From positions 496,001 to 560,000 of the forward strand of contig CT868008.1 in the NCBI GenBank assembly GCA_000165425.1: a stretch of DNA of 64,000 bases, given 5' to 3'. The stretch comes from Paramecium tetraurelia (Eukaryota). Below are positions 53,471 through 64,000 of this stretch, piece after piece (within the stretch, counting starts at the first letter, position 1; each line of letters starts with the position of its first letter). A model generated the notes under the pieces. It had not been told where the DNA came from and made no database searches. It saw only the letters and a list, made by a program, of their open reading frames with translations. Made by a program: the position numbers and the translations under genes.

Positions 53471-55785
53471 TCAAATGTAAAATAATACTCCTTTTTTAAC
53501 TAATTCTTCTACAGGAACAAAGGGATCCTTATCATTTCTTTAGTATCTAGAACCAATAAATTCACCCAAACAATGAGCATATCTAACAGGAGCAGGAATC
53601 TTTATAGGACCAGCAAAATTGTAATACAACCAACACAATTTGTAGGTAAGTACTTTGATATCATTTTCAATATTAGGTATATCTGAATGCAATATCTTAT
53701 AAAGTGTAGGTTGAGATGTGCCTTATCTAGTAATTTGGGAGATCAAATAAAAGTTAGGTTGTTATCCTTCGCAAATCTCCTTGGTATCAACAATCGTTCC
53801 TGAAGCAGGATTATCAGGTCTATGTCCAGCTTGATAGAACTTTCCTGCTACTCTTTTATTGCAGACTACAAGCACCAATTTACTTTAAGGATTTATCTAT
53901 TTGATTGCTTAATCATATTGAGGAAATTCATCTCCAAGAACCACAGGGATTTGACCATCAGAAACACCATCTCTGTAAATAATGATTATTTGTGGAAAAA
54001 CATTATTTTTTTCTTTGTAAACTTCCATGGCAGTAATTAAACTCTTCTTTAAATTGTCTCCTTTATAGTCAGCCCCTTTTAATATTTGACTATGATATTT
54101 AGTCATATTTTTATCAACAGTTGAACAGAAAGCTAAATGTTTAATTTGATGTAATCTATCGTAACATTCAGCTGCACAGATCATCGTGTGCTATTATTAA
54201 AAGAGTTTAGGTAATTTATCAATTGCCCATGGAACTCCTCCTAATTTGGCGCAAATTTAAACCATTATTTTATTAACTATAGAGCGTGTGTTTTTAGCTA
54301 AGGTGTCCTCTAAGACAACTTGACTTGGACAACCAATCTTTTATAAGGATATGAATTTAGCACATCTATATAGACGACTATTCTTCTTTTATCCTGGTAA
54401 TAAGAAGATTATGAATTCTATCTTTTATTATTTTTATTAGCATTCCTTATTTATGTCATCACATAGTAGCAACAATGCCTTGTCTCTCTCCTCCTATAAT
54501 GGTCTAACCAAGGGTTAAGAGTAAAAACCATAAAATTAATATTCAGAAATCGCTTGTTTCATATTATCAAGTAATAGTTTTTTGGCTTCTTGTCCTTTTT
54601 CTTTGTAATAATGAATAAGAACCCAGACTAACTTCTAATCTGGGACTTAATACATCTTCTTCTATGTTTATTGATCCAGGTTCAGATTTTATTATGATAA
54701 ATCAATATTGTCATTGCCCATGATTAATGTGCCAGGACGAACAGTTTTAGCTTCAACATTCATTGAAACACTGTTTAATTTCAAACCCCAAGTATCTAAT
54801 AAATTTATATTGGATCCCTTCTTAACAGTTGAATTTATTTATTTAGCAAATTTCTCGGATTAATCGATTCTGTCATAAGCATTCGGTTTTGTTATTTTAG
54901 CTACTTCTCTCATTACTGAGAAATTCTAACATATATATTATTTTATACACTCTTAACAGTATCACTCAATCCAGTCAATTGACATAGTTCTGGTATTAAG
55001 TATATAACTTTTTCTTCTTATTTCCCTTTAATTTTGAGAGTAGTCTTAATTAAAGGTTATTTTTCATTTAATTTTAAATTATATCTTTGTTTATAATATT
55101 CCTTAAAGGTTGTTTCTTCTCCGTTTTCTGTTATAAATATATCTTTGGGAGACATCCCAATTTCTATTAGATCCACTCTATAGAATTTCTGATTGTATTT
55201 TGTCATCACTATCATTCCTTCATAACGATCTGCTTCTTTGGTAACAGAAAGATCGTCAAGTAAGGTATTCTATCTCAATATTTTATAAGCACAATCTATG
55301 ACTACTCCGAATTGTTTTTGTACAATTTGGACTCCCTCCCAGATCTCAAACTTATAATCATGAAATGAATGAGATTTCTTAGGCCAAAATAATTTGTCTT
55401 TACCTATTTAAACCATCCCTTGTTGTGTGCTCATTATTTACTTTACTATTCTTGCTAATATTTATTAAAGTTTCGGCCCTCCATCTACAGATTCAACAAG
55501 CTTCAATGATGCAACATTCTATATCTCTTCACCATCATTCAATGCTCCCAAAACCTAAGTGGCAAGTTTTGTTGGAGAATAAATATTCAAATTTATGCAA
55601 TAAAATGTAATTAGACATTCTATTATCTTCTGTCTATAAGTGGTAATTGCTTTTTATGCAAAGATTTCTGAATAATTAGTCAATTCTATTTTGTATCTAT
55701 GGATTTAACGATTTGGTAATAATTGGAATTGATGGAAATTTGATTTCACTTTCACCGTTTTGAATTATTAATCTTGCTGTTACAT
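53471..55785 (-). CDS. PIWI-clade Argonaute (Ptiwi family)
   Basis: PAZ segment MTKYNQKFYRVDLI...TFKEYYKQRY...YLIPELC; MID/PIWI segments CPSQVV, QICAKLGGVPW, IYRDGVSDGQ, RQGTSQPTLY and PAPVRYAH. Confidence 0.96.
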
Positions 55786-55996
55786 TTTAAATTATAAATT
55801 ATATATTTCTTCTTTAAAATTGAACTATTTAGAAATTGTTTCATATCATAGAATCAATTTATCGATTTAATGGTCATTTCTTATGTTACTTTTTCAATCA
55901 TTTTACATTCATTTATGTACAAAATTCGAATATTTAATTATTTATTCAATGCAATAAAATAAATTACAAAAGTAGAATAAAAACAAATAAATTGAT

Positions 55997-56640
55997 TCAT
56001 CTTACTAGACTTAATAGGTACTCATCAAAAGTTTTTGTATTTTCAATTGCTTTGTCAATCATTTCCTTCAATTATTATGATTATTGTTGAGTTGATTATC
56101 TCACACTGAAGCTTCTGGATTTCGGTAACGCTGTTGCCTATTCATTAGTTGAATCCATTGATTAGAAAAATGTACTATTCCCTTGTTATTTTCTATATGA
56201 ATACTCCCATTCCCTGTTCACAACCTTATAACAATTATTAAAATTACCTACTGTTTACGCCTAGTCTATGTTGGAGATGTTATTTCTTAAAGCACATCCA
56301 TTAATTGATTCTTAGAGACTCTTGAGATTTTATTGTTACTTCTCATCTTAGAATTTAGATGGAAAGAATTGGTTTTTTTAAGTACTACATCAATAATTGG
56401 TTATTCTTTGTTCTCTTTAGCTTGATCGGAACTTTAATAAAATGTGCTGAGATTGCTGATTTCTGATTGCTAAGACTGCATTTTTGCATCTGTTTAGCTT
56501 AAAGTCAAGGATGTGTCAACACTCTCTCTTGTCTGTAACAAATGCTAAACCTTAACAAACATTGTGCGAGGTTGATATCTGATGACTGGAGGATCAATTT
56601 TTTTTAAACAAATGTACTTTGGAGTGCGGAATTCGATCAT
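55997..56640 (-). CDS. Hypothetical protein (~206 aa)
   Basis: ATG 56640 (MIEFRTPKY), one 23-nt intron and TGA at 55997-55999. Confidence 0.7.
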
Positions 56641-56662
56641 TCCGTTATTATTATATTTTAAT

Positions 56663-57386
56663 ATGAAAACTTTTTTACTCAAAGGTATTGTAAAACAGGT
56701 TCTAGACTTCCAAATAAAATTAATTATTTGTTTGTCTAGGCAAACCTAAAACCATCTTGCATTAAGAAAGCTTGGAGAAATTAATCTAACTAAATAACGA
56801 TGTCAAATTAAGGATAAATTATCATTCATATCAAAAGAACTCTTTTAATTTCTAAAACTGTTAAAACAAAACCATTTGTAGAAATCGATTTCAATTTTCA
56901 AAGGTATTTCGATGATTTCATTTTTGATTTCTATTTTAAATCTAAATTTAATATGTTATTTCTACCAATTACAGTATAATTGTCCAAGATCTTCATGAAT
57001 AGTGAACAATTAATAACTCTTATGACTGCTCAGTACTATTCTAAAGTCTAAATAGAAAAGTTTCAAAGAAATCAAAACTTTAACTACAGCATTTCTAACT
57101 ATATTTTAATTGTAGTAGTTTAAATATAAGAAGGAGTTACGTATCAAATATTTTTTAACTTAATTTGAAAATCCTACATCTTATAATCTTAATCGAATTT
57201 ACAAAACACTTTAAAAAATAAAATATCATTTTCGATATATAATAACTGTAAAATCATTATTATTTTCTATTAAATCTTCTTATAATGTAAAACTAGAATA
57301 TAGATAAATACTATTATTTAGTAAAGTACAAGAGAAATAAAATATAATTATTTTTTTCTAAAATTACAAACTGTGAAATTTCTTGA
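56663..57386 (+). CDS. Possible hypothetical protein
   Basis: Two overlapping coding-like frames between ATG 56663 and TGA 57384-57386. The joining intron was not identified and the region is very AT-rich. Confidence 0.3.
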
Positions 57387-57505
57387 ATGACCATTTATTA
57401 GAAGAATTCTAATAATAATCAATAAGAAAATAAGAATTTAGGATCAAAAAAATAGAGGAATTCCTCAGGCATCTTCTTTTTAATTGAATTTTTTAATTAT
57501 ATATA

Positions 57506-60500
57506 ATGTTTGTATCTCAAAACAAAATTACGGATCAGCTTATTCGAAATTAAGGGGAGGAGCCGGGTAAAACCACAAAATTGTCGTTGCGTTCTATGAA
57601 ATTGACTGTAATCTAAATATTTTACATAGAAAATAGAAAATTTAGATTAATTGGTGCTTTTGTAGGAATTGAACTTAAGTCATAACAATATTACAAAAAT
57701 AGAGAATTTAAGATTGCCAGCACTTAAAGAACTTAATCTTTCAGATAATTTTATAAAATCAATGCATGGATTAGAATTTCTGCCATCTTTGATTAATTTG
57801 AATTTGAATGGCAATTAAATAACTGAGATTAGTTTAACAAATCATAGTTTAGAAACCCTCAAGCTATCTAGAAATTAAATTAAAGATCCATTGTAGTTAT
57901 TAAACCTTAAACCCCTTTTAAATTTGAAAATCCTTTCTCTCAGTGATAATCCTTTTTGTAGAACATTCAGTTACATAGAATATCTATGTTTTCTAACTCC
58001 TACCCTTTAAGTCTTAGACAATAAGGTGATTTCAAATTAGCATGAAATCGCAAGACAATTGTATGGAGAACCAATTCCCAGTGATCATTAACAACTACTC
58101 TAAAACATTAGATTGGTTTAATTAAAAAAGCAAGAGATTGACACTGAAATAGCGTAAATAGAGAATAAAATGTAGAGAGCGACAAATTTACTTCAAACCT
58201 ATTAGAATGATTCTGATAGCGAAGATGAAACAGACAGATAATTAACGAACAAAGCTTTTCTTTCTCTGAAATCTTAGTTAGAAGAACACTACTAGGTTCG
58301 TTAAGAAACAGATGATGCTTTGAAGGAATTAAAATAATAGCTTGAATCATATAAGTCATAACCAAAGGAAAAATTACCAACTGAACAATTGAATCGAATC
58401 AATTCTCTTTTTGTTAGACTACAAGCAGTACTTTAAACAGATTTGACATAATGTTAAAGAACTCTATTTGAAATGGCTTTGCAGGGAAGCATTGAGTAAG
58501 TGTTGTAAAGTATAGTCGATTTATTAGAAACAGTGTTAGAAAGAATACCCTTGTTGCCATAAGAAAGTGTTCTTGAGGAGGTGGCTGCTCAAGTTCATGA
58601 TTAAATCTAGGAATTATACTCGAGAGTTTCTACTAATTCTCTAAATTCAATAGGAATTTAAGATAAACCTATTGAGTCTTCTATTGTTCTATTGAAGAAG
58701 CTATTTAGGAGGGCAGAAAAGAAATACAAGAAGATTGATGAATTCTATGCAATAAAGGCATAATTTATTAAAGATTTTGAAATAGAAACACAATAATTGG
58801 CTGAGAAATGGAAAGATTATGAAAGTAAGAAGGCATAATTGCTCCAAGAAAAAGAAACAATAAGTAAAGAGTTGGAAGAGTAATTTGAATAGATTATGCA
58901 ATAGAAAGAAGAATTGAAAATGCAACATCAATAAGTGGAAGTCTAATTCTCAAAATCTAATGAAGATTTTAAAATATTTAGAGCCAAACAAAATGAAGCT
59001 AGGAAATGTTTAACTGATGAAATTACTAGACTTGGAAGATAATAGGAACAATTGGTAATGATATAAATAATTATTTAGTGTGAAGAAGTTTAAGAACTGT
59101 AGAGTGAAATGGAAAGACTAAAGGATACAAATGCAGAGAAAGAAGAATCAATAAGGTTGTTAAATGAAGAGATTGAAATGTTATAATAGAGAATCTAGGA
59201 TCAATATTAAGTTAGTTTTTAGATTAGAGAAGATCAACAAAGAGCGCTGAATAACATAGAATATTTGAATTCATAGAAAGAATTATTAAGCAAGGATATA
59301 GAGGATTTACAATTTGAACATGCTAAAAAAGAATAGGATACTATGGATTTATAAATCAAATATCAAAATGAACATAACAAAATGAAATTGTTACTCGAAG
59401 AATTGGATACTTGTCATTCAAAATTAAAAAATACAGAATAATTATGTAGAGAAGCAGATAGAGTGTTAAAATAATTAAATGGTGCCGTGGCTGATAAAGA
59501 GTAAGAAATGTAAAAGTATGAAAAAATCATGTAAGAAGCAAATATTGAAAAGGAAAAAATAAAATAGACTAAGAATGAGAATTTATAAATCAAAAAAGAA
59601 TCATAGAAATTAAGGACAGAATTGGACAACTTGGAATATTAAATGTAGGTTGGTCAGGATAATTTATTAAAAGGCAAAAAAAATCTTTAATAAGTTACAC
59701 AACTAACAATAGAGAAGGAATAAGAATTGTTATAAATAGAGAAATAATTAATCAATACTGAAAAATAGATATAGGATTAAATGAAATAAAAAGACATGTT
59801 GGGTAATGATTTCGACATATTGCAAAAGGAAATGAAAAAATTAAATATCGAAAAAGCAAAATTACAATAACAAGTGGATGATGCTACTATTGATTTGTAG
59901 AGCATTAAATAAGAGTTTCAAATTTAATAATCTAATTTACAATCCTTAAATAAATAAATTGAGTAGAAAGTAACAGAATTATCAACTTAAACACATTATC
60001 AGATGCATTAAGGGTAGGAACAAATCATCAATTTTTAATTTCAATTGTAAAAATTACAAGATGGAATAGAAATCAAAGGACAAGAATTTAAATTATTAGT
60101 TGATCAAATTGATTAATTACAATAAAAGCGTGATCATCTAATTTAGAGTGTTTAGCAATTATAATCATCTGTTTTACAAGAGGATTAGAACACTAACTAA
60201 AAACCATATGTAAATATTAAATTAAATTAGATTGTACACGATGAAGAATCCTTGCATTCTTAAAGTTATGATAAATTAAAGCCTGATTGGTTAAAACCTA
60301 CAAAAAACTCTGCGATTAAAAGTCAAACCAACTTTGGCTTGTTAAGCGATTTAAGTAAGAAATTTTAGCCAAGATCTGCAAATTAATCCATACTTAGGAA
60401 ATCTCCTTTGGGCAAAGATTAATCAGTTTAATCTGTTATTTAAAATCTAGAGGAATTAAACTAAAATTTAGATAGAATGTATATGGAAAGTCTTGAAAGA

Positions 60501-60512
60501 TTTGAATCCTGA
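57506..60512 (+). CDS. LRR + long coiled-coil protein (centriolin-like)
   Basis: SDS22-type LRRs (KIENLDQLVLLQELNLSHNNITKIENL) and an LRRcap (LSLSDNPFC...LQVLDN), followed by ~700 aa of Q/E/K-rich coiled coil. Confidence 0.85.
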
Positions 60513-61418
60513 ATATTTATTAAAAATCATACTCATACCCATCTTTTTCAATAAAAACGAAATGCTAACTTTCCTAAAATAACAGTAGCTAAAGCATATT
60601 TTTACCAATTTTCTAATGCTTTGAAATAAAAAGTTATTCTATTAAAAAATGACAAAATGTATTTTTTATAAAAAGGATAACTTGAAGCTAAAATAAGAGA
60701 AGCAATTATTATGTATTAAATATTTCCATATAATGAATTGGAGCTACACGTTTACTAAAGTTTTTTTTTCTCCATCTCCATTTTTATTTCTCTTTACATT
60801 GGGAATTGTTGTAAAAATATTGTATTGTATTCACGATTAATCGATGGCTTAGCAGAGTGTTTACTTTCTCTTTAGATTGAATATTCTACCTTTTATTAAT
60901 TTATTTTAATAGATCTTATAAAATCTGATTATTAAGTTCTTCAATCTGATATTTTAGTTTTTCTTTCAGATTATATAGTTCTTCAACATATTGTTCCATT
61001 TATTAAATCTCAGCTTCTTCTCTTTTAATTTCATTTTTCATCATTTAAATAAAATATTTCCTTCTTTAAATCTGATGTTAACAAGAATTATCATTTATAT
61101 TTAGTAGAGTTTACTATGTTATTGTTTTAATTATTCTATTGAAAATTCAATTTTGATAAATTTCCATCTTAATTCTCTCAAATTAATCAGAGGATTCATT
61201 TTTTGTAGATTGAGATACTCTTAATTGCTCATCTTAAGTTAATTAAACCTTTTAATAAAATCCATTAATATTTTATAAGACTATCATTAATCAATATTTA
61301 AATTCAAATCAAGACATTCAAGCGAGAATATAATATTTAATATTAATTTAATTCTATGATATAAGATTGAAATATATATCTCAAGGTAGAATTTATATAA
61401 TCCTTAATTAATAAAAAT

Positions 61419-63401
61419 TCAAACTGTGATAATGATATATTTCCAGAGCTTTATTGCGTCAACCATCCACAGCAATGAAGTATCATACTGCTTTATAGCT
61501 TTTTCAATAAGATGGACAAATTTTTGAAATAAATGTTCACTAATTTTGAGTCTAGAATGAATAGCTTGAATGTCAGATCTTTTAAAATATTTTCTACCTG
61601 ATAACAAGTATTCAAATTTTTTTAAAACAATTTTATCTATATTTGCATCATTGCTATCAAATATGTTCTTGATTTCAACATTTGATTTCAACTCATCGGA
61701 TATTAATGGAACAAATTCACATAATCTCTATTAGCCTACAATATCACAAGGTAATTGTTAATTGGTAATGTATGGAAGTATCAAATCATATTCATCTTCA
61801 AAGTCTTAGAATATTATTCTTTGGGGATTCAATTTCGACAATAAGATCATCATTTTTTCTTTGATACTTTGATAGAGATTTAGACTAATCGAATGTTAAC
61901 AATGAAATAAGTGCAGATCTTCAAGCGTAAAACAGTTATTTTATTTATTAAAAGCATAATGCAAAAAATATTTAGTGTGCTCTACAAATTGATCATATCC
62001 AACTTTATGAATGAAATTCTTATTTATAAGTTAATCTTGCTAACATAATTTGATAAATTCACTAGTAAGATTATCGAATCCTTATTATTTATACACCAAA
62101 TCTTTAATGCTATCTTAGTTGATAACAGCTGCTTTATATGCATCAGTTTACTCTAAAACATACCAAATGACTTCCTTTTGAGTATGTTTGGATAAAGATC
62201 CTGATAAATAGTATTTAAAAATAGAGTATTAAACAGAGGTAATTTCAAAAGCCTTATGAAAATCTCTCATGGAATCCATCACATAATTAGTAGATTCTGC
62301 TGATCCCAAAATAAATCCAAATATTCTGCTGAATTTGATTGCTTATTCCTCTTGCTTGGTTCCTTTAAATAATGGACTTAAAGAGAAATCTTCGAAGATT
62401 TGACTATACATATTTTTAGCTATAATTCTGATGTTATCCTTAACATTTTATACAGACCGAGACTAGTGGATTAAATAAGGAAAGTACCTTAGAAACGATA
62501 GCCCCTCTGTAGGATTCAACAGTTTAAGCACATTTGAAGACTGCCTCCATGTTTATCTTTAATGAAATCAAGTACTTAAGATATAGATATTTGAATCTAT
62601 TGAACATTTGATCAGTTATATTTAGAGTAGAATGTAATTGCTTCAAGGTTTCAAAATGATAGGTAAGTTTATTGCCATTGCTTAGATCTATGAGTGATTT
62701 AACCACTCCTTTCATTTCAATGACTTCTTTGAGAATTGGTCCTATGAGATCATCATCATTTAAAATAGAGCCTAATTCTTTGGTGTAATCATCCAATCCT
62801 TCCATTTTTTCAAATTCACTATGACGAGTCATACCATTTTTTGATCTAAATAAAAGTAAATTAATTACTTTTTATCTTTAAATGATGAAATAATGTCTTT
62901 GATTGATTTCCCAGCTGAAAATGGACATTGTTGTTATTGGACTGAAGATTAAGTTTACTATATTTATGATGCTTGATGATAATGTGATTTTTTTTAAGAA
63001 ACTAGATTGGTAATGATACTTGTGTTATCTTCTCTTTGAGTTTTTACACTGCCAGTAGATGATTTAGGATGATTTTTTATGGTGAATAATCTTTAAAAAT
63101 TTCGACTAGAACCAAGATCAAATTAAGTGGTCTCCTCAATTTATATTGTTTAATTTTTTTTCTTTTTATACTGCTAGGGTGTAAGTGATTTCTGCGCTGT
63201 ATTTACTCTTTCTGTGTCTATGTAATTAGCAGAACCTCCTTTCTTAACTTGCCAAAAATTATTCGACTGAGTAGAATCTAAGGAAGGCAATTTTTAGAAT
63301 AAATATTCTTTTCTGGAGGATTTAATATCTTTAGTTGATTTGCTGAAATTAGGTTGGCTAAAAGTATGTTATTACATTTCACCAGAATCTCTACGAATCA
63401 T
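61419..63401 (-). CDS. Multidomain truncated (2/2, group I-like) globin: disordered N-terminus + four tandem globin-like domains
   Basis: Four repeats of the trHb proximal-His pattern: LKQLHSTLNITDQMF, MRDFHKAFEITSVQY, LHLFHCQHSISLNLY and IQAIHSRLKISEHLF. Domain 2 has MYSQIFEDFSLSPLF. Introns of 23 and 25 nt restore one frame. Confidence 0.8.
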
Positions 63402-63451
63402 AAGAATTAGATAATTAATATTTAATAATAATTTGTTAAGTAATAATAATA

Positions 63452-64000
63452 TCATCTGAGAAATAAATTTTTACTGGAACACATCTCCTATTTATTTTGA
63501 TTATTTTGTTCTGTGCCCAGCCTCCAAAATATCAATGTCTCATCTCCTGCAGCCGAACACAGCATAGATTGATCAGGAGATATTCCTAAGTGCAAAACTC
63601 TCGATTTATGAGCCTGTAATTCCTATACTAATTTGGCTTACTAAATTTAATCAGCATTCCATATACTAATTTAAAATTTAGAAAAGCCATGAGATGATAT
63701 CAATTCTCTATATCTTGGCAAAAATTGCAGAGCACAAACTTGCGATCCTGTGTCAATGCTCTTAAAACAAGTGCCAGTATCAGCATTCCAAAATTTGATA
63801 GTTTTATCATTTGATCCACCTCCACTGACAAGAGTATTTTGTAACCAAGGACACCAGGCCATTGCTTTGACAGCAGCACAATGACCTTGGCAAGATTAAC
63901 GTAAGGACATTTATCGTCTATCCCAAAGCAATAATTAATTATCATTTGCTCCACTACTCAAAGTACTACCAGACGAATTCCATTTCAATCCACAAACCTC
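63452..64000 (-). CDS. CDC20: CDC20/fizzy-family APC/C activator (3' part, truncated by window)
   Basis: HCAAVKAMAWCPW, SGGGSNDKTIKFWN, IDTGSQVC, ELISSHGF, HKSRVLHL and SAAGDETLIFW, with a C-terminal LR tail. Confidence 0.93.

Noticed and set aside
60520..61400. Coding-like minus-strand fragments (possible decayed gene)
   Set aside because: The frames examined are interrupted by TGA and I found no convincing introns or homology, so I cannot support a gene or pseudogene call.
1..64000. CRISPR arrays, tRNA/rRNA genes, telomeric repeats, prokaryotic operons
   Set aside because: None recognised; the gene content and introns are eukaryotic.

Overview
AT-rich, gene-dense eukaryotic DNA from a ciliate macronuclear chromosome, almost certainly Paramecium. 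TAA and TAG read as Gln, TGA is the only stop, and introns are 20-32 nt GT..AG. The supplied standard-code ORF track therefore shows only fragments and antisense shadows. Re-reading by hand with the ciliate code gives about 30 genes: uridine kinase, hybrid histidine kinase, a tandem array of five uncharacterised paralogues (beta-sandwich + coiled coil + IQ-like), FIG4/Sac phosphatase, Miro GTPase, kinesin, a myristoylated pseudokinase, an EF-hand protein, an ALKBH5-like dioxygenase, a class-2 lipase, Vps54, a myosin with RCC1 tail, prefoldin 4, a PIWI protein, a centriolin-like LRR/coiled-coil protein, a four-domain truncated-globin protein and the 3' end of a CDC20/fizzy gene. The most unusual items are: (1) a ~240-nt highly base-paired element at 40456-40700 that looks like an unannotated ncRNA; (2) the tandem four-globin protein; (3) the five-gene paralogue array with 5-28 bp spacers; (4) the ALKBH5-like enzyme with an Arg-to-Ser change at a 2-oxoglutarate-binding position. 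Gene ends and introns were placed manually and some may be off. No tRNA, rRNA, transposon, telomere or CRISPR was recognised.
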